Assembly (NCBI GenBank): GCA_948467495.1
Contig: CAOKEO010000003.1
Location: forward strand, 9,602-73,601
Length of the DNA stretch: 64,000 nt
Source: an uncultured Clostridium sp.
GTDB taxonomy: Bacteria > Bacillota > Clostridia > TANB77 > CAG-508
Direction: 5' to 3'
This document shows positions 20,264 through 31,034 of the stretch, one piece after another. Below the pieces are notes generated by a model that worked only from the letters and a program-made list of their open reading frames with translations, did not search any database and was not told the origin of the DNA. Within the stretch, counting starts at the first letter, position 1. Each line of letters opens with the position of its first letter. Both the position numbers and the translations under genes were made by a program.

Positions 20264-21127
20264 CTAAAACGTTGAATTCTCGTTACTTTGTTCTTTTGCT
20301 GCCTTGATTACATTATTCATCAACATAGCAATCGTCATTGGTCCTACTCCTCCTGGAACTGGTGTAATATGACTTGCTATTTTTGCTACGTTTTCGTAAT
20401 CTACGTCCCCCACCAATTTTCCTTCTTCATTTCGATTAATCCCAACATCAATCACAACTGCTCCTTCTTTTATCATATCTGCTGTCACAAACTTAGCTTT
20501 TCCAATAGCAGCAATAACAATATCTGCTCTTTTCGTATGGGTCTTTAAATCTTTTGTCCTAGAATGACAAATCGTAACAGTTGCATTTTGTGCTAAACAA
20601 CATTGTGCTAATGGTTTACCAACTATATTACTTCTTCCAATAATAACAACATCTTTTCCAGTCAAATCAACCCCATATTCCTCAAACATTCTCATAACCC
20701 CATAAGGTGTACAAGAAATAAAAGTATCGCCTCCCATAACTAGCTTTCCAACACTAGAAGGTGTAAATCCATCCACATCTTTTCGATACGAAATCGCTTT
20801 AAAAGCTTGATTAATATCTAAGTGCTTTGGTAATGGACTTTGTAATAAAATACCATTCACTTCTTTTGTATGATTTAAACTTTTAATTAACTCATTTAAC
20901 TCTTGTTGAGTTATCTTTTCCTCTAACAGATATTCTTCATATGCAATTCCTATTTCATTACATGCTTTACTTTTATTTTTAACATATACCTTTGAAGCAG
21001 GATTATTTCCTACCATAATTACTGCTAATTTAGGATAAATCCCCTGCTTTTTTAGTTCTTCACATTCTATTTTTAAATCTTCTCTTATGTTTTTTGCTAA
21101 ATCTTTTCCATTCATAATTGTTGCCAT
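20264..21127 (-). CDS. folD: bifunctional methylenetetrahydrofolate dehydrogenase/cyclohydrolase
   Basis: GKDLAKNIRE..., VGNNPASKVYVKNK, PGGVGPMTIAML. Start at ATG 21127 with GGAGG upstream. Confidence 0.93.
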   Translation of the reverse strand: MATIMNGKDLAKNIREDLKIECEELKKQGIYPKLAVIMVGNNPASKVYVKNKSKACNEIGIAYEEYLLEEKITQQELNELIKSLNHTKEVNGILLQSPLPKHLDINQAFKAISYRKDVDGFTPSSVGKLVMGGDTFISCTPYGVMRMFEEYGVDLTGKDVVIIGRSNIVGKPLAQCCLAQNATVTICHSRTKDLKTHTKRADIVIAAIGKAKFVTADMIKEGAVVIDVGINRNEEGKLVGDVDYENVAKIASHITPVPGGVGPMTIAMLMNNVIKAAKEQSNENSTF

Positions 21128-21158
21128 TACTATATCCTCCTTCTTTATCACAAGCTTG

Positions 21159-21569
21159 TTATTTTACTAAATTTAGATTTCCATTAATTACCGTTGGTGA
21201 AAAACCTGCTATTTCATCATATAGCATTCCTTTTGGAATATCATTATATAAATATATTTTTTTATTTTTCATAAATGCCTCATATATTTCAATAAATGTT
21301 GCTCCACCTATATAATTCTGTTTTCCATTTTTGTCAAAATTCAGTGTTAATACTGCATCCATTTTAGCTATTCTTTCTTCACTCATTTTAAACATTCTTG
21401 CCTTAAATTTAGCATGCTCTTTTTCTCCTAATTCCCAACTTTTCTTTTCCGCATCTGGTTCATAATATGAATTTGGTAATTCTACTATATGATTCATTTC
21501 TTCTAACTTTTCTTTTATTGGTGCTATATCTTTATAAAAAGCCTTACTACATATGATTAATATTTTCAT
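21159..21569 (-). CDS. hypothetical protein, nucleoside 2-deoxyribosyltransferase-like fold suspected
   Basis: 136 aa with MKILIICS... and GGATFIEIYEAF pattern. Assignment is weak. Confidence 0.35.
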   Translation of the reverse strand: MKILIICSKAFYKDIAPIKEKLEEMNHIVELPNSYYEPDAEKKSWELGEKEHAKFKARMFKMSEERIAKMDAVLTLNFDKNGKQNYIGGATFIEIYEAFMKNKKIYLYNDIPKGMLYDEIAGFSPTVINGNLNLVK

Positions 21570-21627
21570 TTTTAAAATCTCCTTCCTTTCAATTAACTTA
21601 TCTTAGTACTTGCAAATCTTATATTTT

Positions 21628-21885
21628 TCATATTCCTATCTTGTACTCTATATGTTCCATATCAGGAAACATCTCTTTCACCCTTTTCAAAGTAAGCATT
21701 AGCATTTTAGGTTGCGGATTTTTCTTATGGTCAGAAAGTAGCTTTTGCGTATAGCAATTCTCTGCTGTTTTAAAAAGTAAATAACGATTTCCTACATAAG
21801 TATAATAAATCTGATAACCATTTCTTAAATCCTCCCACATCTTTTCAAATGTATAATCCTCCATAATTTCCTCCATTTCATGCAT
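21628..21885 (-). CDS. hypothetical small protein
   Basis: 85-aa ORF with no recognisable motif. Confidence 0.35.
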   Translation of the reverse strand: MHEMEEIMEDYTFEKMWEDLRNGYQIYYTYVGNRYLLFKTAENCYTQKLLSDHKKNPQPKMLMLTLKRVKEMFPDMEHIEYKIGI

Positions 21886-21911
21886 AATATTTTGTACCTA
21901 TGACCAGTTGA

Positions 21912-22003
21912 GCCTGTCCCAAAAAACACCTACAGGGATAATTGGGGACTGTCCCAGAACATACCTAAAGGGATAATCGGTGCCTGTCCCAAAACGCACC
22001 CAA
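21912..22003. repeat. CCTGTCCCAAAA..AGGGATAAT tandem element (2.5 units of about 35 bp)
   Basis: Same unit at 38396..38496 (same orientation) and 36889..36946 (inverted). Confidence 0.8.
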
Positions 22004-22009
22004 AACATA

Positions 22010-24133
<2,124 letters not shown>

Positions 24134-24246
24134 TTATTGTAAAATGTTATTTTGTTTCTTAATTAGTCTGACCTGTAAAGAACGGAATTTTGTTATTTAT
24201 CTATTTAAGACTAAATGATAACTTTTCCTTATTATATACAATTTGT

Positions 24247-24279
24247 AAAAAAAAATAAAGGAATTTTGAAAATTCCTTT
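24247..24279 (-). terminator. intrinsic terminator downstream of the sortase gene
   Basis: Hairpin AAAGGAATTTT/AAAATTCCTTT followed, on the minus strand, by a run of 9 T. Confidence 0.65.
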
Positions 24280-24356
24280 AACTTTTCGTAGCTATTCAGT
24301 CGTCTTGTTTTCTAGGTATATCTTTGATACAAAATTTATAAAAACAATAATTCCTT

Positions 24357-25031
24357 CTATTCTGCCTTTGCGCATAAAATTAATCTTGCTTTACTATCAT
24401 CTGTACAAGTTGACAATGTAACTTCTGGCTTTCCTCCTGTATCTCTTTGATAGAAAGAGGTATCTTCTGGCGTTGTTTCAAATTTATTATAAATCGTATA
24501 AGTCAATTTGGTTCCTCCCACATCGGTAATATATATTTTATCGCCAATATTCAATTTCTTATTATTAGAAAAGAATAAACCATTTCTATAATTATGACCA
24601 ATAATTACGCTATTTCCTGGCTTGTTAATGCCTGTCCCATATAAAAATGCTACTGCTGTTTCAATTGATTTCTTGGTTACTTTTTCCAATACAGGATATT
24701 TAAAATTTGTAGCTGGTATTTCCATTGTTCCCAAAACACCAAAACCTTTATAAGTTTGCTTAACAGGTGAACCATTCGTTCCTGTCGTATCTGCATCTTT
24801 TATCTGATTAAATGCATCTGTCGTATTTAAATCATTTTCATTATTTTCTGTCGCTGTCTTATCTTCCTCCACTACATCTCCTTGAAAATTATCAACAAAT
24901 TCTGATGTCTCTTTTGTAACAACATATTTTTGATAATAATCATAAGCTAAAAATCCTATCAGTCCAATAATTGCAAGAATCACAATCACTAACATCACCG
25001 TTAGTACTTTACTATATTTACTTTCAAACAT
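24357..25031 (-). CDS. sortase family transpeptidase
   Basis: N-terminal TM anchor, IIGHNYRNG and TLSTCT catalytic motifs. Start at ATG 25031 (GGAGG 8 nt upstream). Confidence 0.85.
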   Translation of the reverse strand: MFESKYSKVLTVMLVIVILAIIGLIGFLAYDYYQKYVVTKETSEFVDNFQGDVVEEDKTATENNENDLNTTDAFNQIKDADTTGTNGSPVKQTYKGFGVLGTMEIPATNFKYPVLEKVTKKSIETAVAFLYGTGINKPGNSVIIGHNYRNGLFFSNNKKLNIGDKIYITDVGGTKLTYTIYNKFETTPEDTSFYQRDTGGKPEVTLSTCTDDSKARLILCAKAE

Positions 25032-25101
25032 TATCCTTACCTCCATACAATTTTACCACTATATCAATTATATCATATATATTGTTAAAAGTGTATAGTT
25101 T

Positions 25102-25446
25102 TTAGACAATTTTTTCTCCCAATTGTGTACCAGCTAAAACATGAAAATGTAAATGCATTACCTCTTGTCCTCCATTTTTACCACAATTTACAATCACACG
25201 ATAACCATCTTGTTTAAAAGCCTTTTCCTCTGCTATTTCATTTATCACACTATAGATTTTTCCTACAATTGCTTCATCTTCTTTCTCCAAATGTGCTAAA
25301 GAAGCAATATGTTTTTTGGGTATTACTAGAATATGAATAGGAGCTGCTGGATGAATATCATAAAAAGCTAAAATCTTTTCATCTTCATACACTTTTTTAC
25401 AAGGTATTTCACCTTTAATTATCTTACAAAATAAACAATCTTCCAT
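25102..25446 (-). CDS. HIT family (histidine triad) nucleotide hydrolase
   Basis: CLFCKIIKGEIP..., HLHFHVL triad. Confidence 0.9.
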   Translation of the reverse strand: MEDCLFCKIIKGEIPCKKVYEDEKILAFYDIHPAAPIHILVIPKKHIASLAHLEKEDEAIVGKIYSVINEIAEEKAFKQDGYRVIVNCGKNGGQEVMHLHFHVLAGTQLGEKIV

Positions 25447-25498
25447 TTCCTCTCCTTTTTCTGCCCAAAGGACAATCCTTTTAGGCAATCTTAAAAAT

Positions 25499-27253
25499 CT
25501 ATTTCATTAAAACTGCTTTAATTCTTCTCACACCAGAAGAACTAGATTCCTCTTTTTTTATTTTAAAAGTTCCCAATTCCTTAGTGTTTTTCACATGAGG
25601 ACCTCCACATAATTCTTTGGATACTTCCCCTATACTATATACGGTTACGATATCTGGATATCTTTCAATAAACATACATTCTGCACCAGATTGAATGGCT
25701 TCTTCTTTCTTCATTTCCTGTTTGGTTACTTCTAACCCTTCTTGTATCCATTGATTCACTAAATCTTCTATTTGTTTCTTTTCTCCCTCTGTTAATTTAT
25801 GGTCACAATTAAAATCAAATCTCATTCTATCAACTGTAATATTAGAACCTCTTTGATGAGCATCTTTTCCAATGACTTGTTTTAATGCAGCATTTAATAA
25901 ATGAGTCGCGGTATGATAAGCTACTGTTTCCTCTGTTTGCTCGGCTAATCCACCTTTAAACTTTTGTTCAGAACCTTGTCTTGATTTTTCTTGATGTTTT
26001 TTAAATAGTTCATCAAATTGGTCTAAGTCTACTTCATAACCATGTTCTGCTGCTAGTTCTTTGGTCACTTCTGGTGGGAAACCATAAGTATCATATAATC
26101 GGAAAACAATTTCTCCAGAAATCTTTTTATGACCTGTTCCTTGCATCTTTTTAATCTCTTTTTCAAATTCTCGTTCTCCATGTGCTAACGTCTTTACAAA
26201 CTTGTCTTTTTCTTCTATCATGACACTTTTTATCATTTCTTTCTTTTTTTCTAAATCTGGATACATTTCTTTTAGGTTATCCACATTCATATCTACGAAT
26301 GTGGATAATTCACTTAAATCAATCTGTAGTTTGTTTAAGTGTCTTATCATTCTTCTAATTAATCTTCTTAAAACATATCCTCTATCTAAATTACTTGGTT
26401 TTCCTCCATCTGCGATAATCATCATACTAGAACGTAAATGTTCTGCTACTATCCTTCTGCTTTCGATATAATCTACTTTTTGAAGCTGTTGTAATTTGTC
26501 CATTATTGGCTTGAATAATTCGGTATCAAAAGGTGTTTCTTTTCCTTGTAATAGCATTGCCATTCTTTCTAATCCTAAACCTGTATCCACATTCTTTTTT
26601 TCTAATTTGGAATAGCCATTTTTATCTTTGAAATATTCCATAAATACATTATTCCAAATTTCGACATATTTACCACAATCACAAGAAGGCTGACAATCTG
26701 GTCCACAGGCAGGTTTTCCTGTATCATAAAACATCTCTGTGTCTGGTCCACAAGGTCCTTCTTCTCCTGCAATCCACCAGTTATCTTCCTTTCCATAAAA
26801 ATAAATTCTTTCTTCTGGAATGCCAACCTTTTTCCAAGTATCTGCACAAACAGTATCTTTGGGGCAGTTTTCATCTCCCGCAAAACAGGTTACAGATAAT
26901 TTTTCTACTGGAATTCCTAATTCTTGTGTTAAAAAATCGAAACTCATGGCAATGGTTTCTTCTTTAAAATAGTCTCCTAATGACCAATTTCCAAGCATTT
27001 CAAAGAAGATTAAATGACGATTATCTCCTACTTCATCTATATCTATGGTTCTAACACATTTTTGATAATCCGTTAAACGCGTTCCAGATGGATGTTTTTG
27101 TCCTAATAAATAGGGTACTAATGGTTGCATACCAGCTATATTAAACAATACAGATGGGTCATTTTCTGGAATTAAAGGTGCTGATGGAATAACAACATGT
27201 CCATGTCTTTTGAAAAAGTCTAAATATCTATTTCTGATTTCAATTGCTTTCAT
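25499..27253 (-). CDS. alaS: alanine--tRNA ligase, short form (catalytic plus editing domains, no C-Ala domain)
   Basis: FFEMLGNWSLGDYFK, GPCGPDTEMFYD, VEIWNNVFMEY and DTGLGLERM (class II AlaRS core). HTATHLL...CGGPHV (editing Zn site). The ORF ends right after VRRIKAVL at 584 aa. Confidence 0.8.
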   Translation of the reverse strand: MKAIEIRNRYLDFFKRHGHVVIPSAPLIPENDPSVLFNIAGMQPLVPYLLGQKHPSGTRLTDYQKCVRTIDIDEVGDNRHLIFFEMLGNWSLGDYFKEETIAMSFDFLTQELGIPVEKLSVTCFAGDENCPKDTVCADTWKKVGIPEERIYFYGKEDNWWIAGEEGPCGPDTEMFYDTGKPACGPDCQPSCDCGKYVEIWNNVFMEYFKDKNGYSKLEKKNVDTGLGLERMAMLLQGKETPFDTELFKPIMDKLQQLQKVDYIESRRIVAEHLRSSMMIIADGGKPSNLDRGYVLRRLIRRMIRHLNKLQIDLSELSTFVDMNVDNLKEMYPDLEKKKEMIKSVMIEEKDKFVKTLAHGEREFEKEIKKMQGTGHKKISGEIVFRLYDTYGFPPEVTKELAAEHGYEVDLDQFDELFKKHQEKSRQGSEQKFKGGLAEQTEETVAYHTATHLLNAALKQVIGKDAHQRGSNITVDRMRFDFNCDHKLTEGEKKQIEDLVNQWIQEGLEVTKQEMKKEEAIQSGAECMFIERYPDIVTVYSIGEVSKELCGGPHVKNTKELGTFKIKKEESSSSGVRRIKAVLMK

Positions 27254-27285
27254 AAAATTTCTCCTTCTATTTGTTTTACTTTCAA

Positions 27286-27314
27286 ATTATACTCTAAAAT
27301 AGGAAAAAAATCAA
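27286..27314 (-). promoter_or_regulatory. sigma-A type promoter of the short alaS
   Basis: Minus strand TTGATT (27314..27309), 17 nt, TATAAT (27291..27286), about 30 nt upstream of the SD/ATG. Confidence 0.6.
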
Positions 27315-27343
27315 GGAATTTTGTTTTACTAATTTTCTAATTT

Positions 27344-27394
27344 GTAACGCTTCAGAGGTGATACATATCAATTAGAAAGTTTCTATATTTTTAT
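27344..27394 (-). promoter_or_regulatory. conserved upstream element with TAGAAA-N-TTTCTA palindrome (27373..27385)
   Basis: Minus-strand sequence ATAAAAATATAGAAACTTTCTAATTGATATGTATCACCTCTGAAGCGTTAC. The palindrome is 58 nt from the -35 box. Confidence 0.6.
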
Positions 27395-27434
27395 AACATA
27401 AAAATTCTCCTTATAGTCGATTTTTCCTACACAA

Positions 27435-27466
27435 TAAAAAATCGGCAGCCAGTTACTCTGCCAATT
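27435..27466 (-). terminator. intrinsic terminator after the 27491..27868 gene
   Basis: Minus strand TTGGCAG-N9-CTGCCGA followed by TTTTTT. Confidence 0.6.
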
Positions 27467-27490
27467 TTTGCTCTCTCTAAATTTTTTCAC

Positions 27491-27868
27491 TCAAACAGCT
27501 CTAACAATCTCTTCCATTGTACAATGGCATATGTCATATGGCATTATCAAGCAAGCAAGTAATTGTTGCCCTTCTTCCTGTAAAACATTTACAGGATACT
27601 CAGAATCTTTGAAGAATTTCCAATCTTCAATTCCTGAAATTTTGATATAACATATCAATTCCAGAATATAATCTCTTGGAATCTCCTCTTGCCTCTCATA
27701 AATCGCTTTTTTATATTCCATTATGGGATTATAATCGAGTTTCAATTCTGTTGCAATTCTTTCCAACTTTTGTGTCTCTTTGTTCCGCATCAAAGTCTTT
27801 ACATCTTTTTTTCTTAAAATCTTTAACTGTTCCATCAAAAAATTTTGCATAACTTCCTTCTCGTTCAT
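27491..27868 (-). CDS. hypothetical protein
   Basis: ORF with AAGGAG 10 nt upstream of ATG 27868. No family recognised. Confidence 0.4.
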   Translation of the reverse strand: MNEKEVMQNFLMEQLKILRKKDVKTLMRNKETQKLERIATELKLDYNPIMEYKKAIYERQEEIPRDYILELICYIKISGIEDWKFFKDSEYPVNVLQEEGQQLLACLIMPYDICHCTMEEIVRAV

Positions 27869-28105
27869 ATAGCTCATTCTCCTTAACAATTTTTATTAGT
27901 TGTCCAAACGAGAGAGCATACAACTAATATATATAAATATTATATACTAGTTTGTTATTTATGTCAATTTTAAAATTCAAAGCTTATAGAACAACGTAAC
28001 TACTACCAAATTTTTTTATGGAATGTATTTATTATTCTAGAAAATTCAGAGGACTTTCCTAGAATAAAACAAAAAGAGGAACGTTGTTACATTCCTCTGC
28101 ACCAC

Positions 28106-28660
28106 TTATATATCCATTTGACTACCCAAAAATGTTGCTGCTGATTGAGCCACCTTTTTTTCTACATCATTCATTTTACCATTTGGTTCTTTTGACATTA
28201 AAATAACAGTACCAATAGTATCACCATTTGAAACAATTGGATAAACTATTTGTGCATTATTCTTTCTTTCTTGATTATCATTTTTGGTAATTGGCATAGC
28301 CACATCACTATTTTCTTTACTCGTATAAATTTCTTTATCTTCCATCAATTGTTCCAATTCATTACTAATATCTTGCTCTAGAAACTCCTTCTTAGAACCA
28401 CCTGAAACAGCAATAATAGTATCTTTATCCGTAATACAAGCAATATGCCCTGTTGTTTTTGACAATGTCTCTGCATAGCCAGCTGCAAATTCTGAAAGCT
28501 CACCAATGGGAGAATATTTCTTTAATATAACTTGCCCTTCTCTATCTGTAAATATCTCTAATGGATCTCCTTCTTTAATTCTCAATGTTTTTCTTATTTC
28601 CTTTGGGATAACGACTCTTCCCAAATCATCTATTCTTCTTACAACTCCAGTTGCTTTCAT
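28106..28660 (-). CDS. spoVT: stage V sporulation protein T (AbrB-family regulator)
   Basis: MKATGVVRRIDDLGRVVIPKEIRKTLRIKEGDPLEIF (SpoVT/AbrB swapped-hairpin domain) plus a GAF-like C-terminus. GAGGAGG lies 6 nt upstream of ATG 28660. Confidence 0.92.
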   Translation of the reverse strand: MKATGVVRRIDDLGRVVIPKEIRKTLRIKEGDPLEIFTDREGQVILKKYSPIGELSEFAAGYAETLSKTTGHIACITDKDTIIAVSGGSKKEFLEQDISNELEQLMEDKEIYTSKENSDVAMPITKNDNQERKNNAQIVYPIVSNGDTIGTVILMSKEPNGKMNDVEKKVAQSAATFLGSQMDI

Positions 28661-28769
28661 AATTTTCCTCCTCGTAAATTTTTTGTTTATATTCTTATTA
28701 TGACAAATAAGGAAAAAATTATGCATTGAAAAATAAAAAAATGATTTTAAAAGTTAATTCTATTTTTTA

Positions 28770-28845
28770 TTGGTAACTCCCAACTATCTGCCAGTCTGTA
28801 ATTACATAACAGACTGTAATCTTGCTGGTCCCCCAAAATTGTTAC
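28770..28845 (+). repeat. GTAACTCCC...hairpin...GTTAC element, copy B
   Basis: TTGGTAACTCCCAACTATCTGCCAGTCTGTAATTACATAACAGACTGTAATCTTGCTGGTCCCCCAAAATTGTTAC. Inverted partner at 30913..30992. Confidence 0.8.
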
Positions 28846-28879
28846 TGCATAAAAAATAGAATAACTTTAAAAAACATTT

Positions 28880-30845
28880 TTAATTAACTTGCTTCAATTT
28901 TCCAGATTCATAGAATTGCAACAATTCTGATAAATCTTGTATTTCTTGTTTTAATCTTTTGCCAATATCCGTATCTCCCACTGTTTTTCTTACGATACCA
29001 GTTTTTTTAACCACAATCTCAGAAATAATATCTTTCTCTTCTTTAATGGCTTTTTCCACTGATTCAAATGGCTTATTTTGGCTTAATAACAATCCATTTG
29101 AATTATAACTTAATATGTAACCTGCATTTCCTGTTGCCACTTGATAACTTTTAGCAAATCCACCATCAATTACTAGCAATTTCCCATTGGCATGAAGTGG
29201 ACTTTCTCCATTTTTAGCTTTAACTGGCACATGCCCATTCACAATATGAGCTTCTTTTCCTTCTAATCCAAATTCTTTTAAGATTTTATCACATATTTCC
29301 TCTTGATTAGAAAAATGATAATATGGATTTTTTGCTTCTTTATGGGTTTCTTTATCGTTTATAAAATAACTCTCAAAAGTTGCCATTTTATCCTTACCAA
29401 AAAACGGAGAAACTGGTGAAATCCACAAAAACCACATAATATCTAATAAATCTTCATCTTGTTCTTCTTTATTCACATACACTTTTCGAATGGTTTCATT
29501 CACTAAATCAAAATATTTTTTTCCGCTTACTTTATTTCCTAAAAATTCAACTGTTTGGAAATTTCCCTTTTCGTCCATTGGCATACAAGCATGGAATAAT
29601 AAATTGGAATTAAATATCGTATATAATTCTCCCTTTTGATAAATAAATTCGATATGTTCATTTAATCTCTGACTGTGTTTAAAGGATTCACAAAGTCTCT
29701 CTACCACTTCCTCCTCTTCATCACTCAATTGATAAGCATCGGTTGGATTTAAGGTTGGGAAATTCGTATCATTTAATTCATACTGTTTACCATCTAGTAC
29801 CACATAGCCTTTTTCTAAATTCATCTTATCCAGCAAAAGACGATTGTCTAGATGATATTCTGGATGTCTTTTAATCAATTGCCCCTCTAACTTAAATTGG
29901 ATAACAGTAATGGCTTTGTGAATTTTAGCAATGGTCACTTTATCACTACTATCATATTTGTTATCATCATAAACTTTTGGCATAAAATTTGAACATTCAT
30001 CATCTCGGTAAGTTTCCATGGCAAAAGTAGAAAGAGGCCTAATATTAATACCATAACCATCTTCTAAAATTGCAATATTATTATATCTAGCACAATTTCT
30101 AATAACAGTGGCAATACAAGCTTTATTACCGCAGACTTGCTCCCATCCAATAAATATCATGGTTTCCCCATTGCATATCCAAACTATGAAATTTCTTTAA
30201 TTTTTCAATTACCAAGTCTGGTGATTGTCCCCTATCAAAGATATCCCCTAAAATATGCAAATGATCAATTGCCATTCTTTTGATTAAATCTGATATAGCA
30301 ATAATAAAATTTTCCGCCTGCTCTAAATCAATAATCGTTTTTATGATGGCTGTATAATATTTTTCTTTATCTTTTTCATTTCCTGCTTGGGAATGCAATA
30401 ACTCATCAATAACATATTCAAATCCACTGTTAATCGCTTTTCTTACTTTTGACCTTGTATATTTAGAACTAATTTTTTTAGCCACTTCAATTAAACGATA
30501 TAAAGTAATCGTGTACCACTCATCTAAATTTCGATTTTTCTGTTTGACTAACTTTAATTTTTCCTCTGGATAGTAAATCAAAGTAGCTAGTGTTGCTCTT
30601 TCTTTTTCTGTGGTAGTATTTCCAAAAATAGAATCAATTTTACTTTTAATGATTCCTCCCCCATTGTTCAAAATATGGACAAATGGCTCATATTCTCCGT
30701 GGATATCACTTAAAAACATTTCGGTTCCTTTGGGCAAGTTGATAATCGCTTGTAAATTGATAATTTCTTCTGTTACTTCATTAATATTTCGATATTCTTT
30801 ACTTAATAATTCTAAATACTTTTGTTTATTATACTTATTTTCCAT
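28880..30845 (-). pseudogene. fbp: class 3 fructose-1,6-bisphosphatase, split by a single-base frameshift near 30134
   Basis: ORFs 30126..30845 (..[10 protein letters not shown].., ..[14 protein letters not shown]) and 28880..30160 (..[34 protein letters not shown]..) are the N- and C-terminal parts of one Fbp. Removing the C in AGT-C-TGC restores WMGASCGNKAC. Confidence 0.85.
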
Positions 30846-30912
30846 TTTACTTCCCCTTTTTTATATTTTACTTTAAAAATTTATTATATTTTTTATACGG
30901 TAAGAATTTTCT

Positions 30913-30992
30913 CCCTGTGGGAGATTTGGGGGAACCAACGAGCTTACAGTCTGTCATGCAGTTACAGACTCGCAGATAGTTGGGAGTTACAA
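30913..30992 (-). repeat. GTAACTCCC...hairpin element, copy C (inverted relative to copy B)
   Basis: The reverse complement reads TTTGTAACTCCCAACTATCTGCGAGTCTGTAACTGCATGACAGACTGTAAGCTCGTTGGTTCCCCCAAATC. Confidence 0.8.
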
Positions 30993-31034
30993 ATAAAAAA
31001 TATAAAAAACTTTTTAGAAAAAATCAGTACTACT

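Noticed and set aside
27254-27490. T-box riboswitch upstream of the AlaRS gene
   Set aside because: No T-box consensus, specifier hairpin or terminator/antiterminator pair is visible. Only a promoter, the upstream element and the terminator of the preceding gene are present.
30126-30160. Programmed +1 ribosomal frameshifting in fbp, and likewise in recD2 at 34787..34839
   Set aside because: There is no slippery heptamer, no rare or stop codon stall, and no upstream SD-like stimulator at either site (AGT-C-TGC, CAA-C-GGA). Mutation or sequencing error is more parsimonious.
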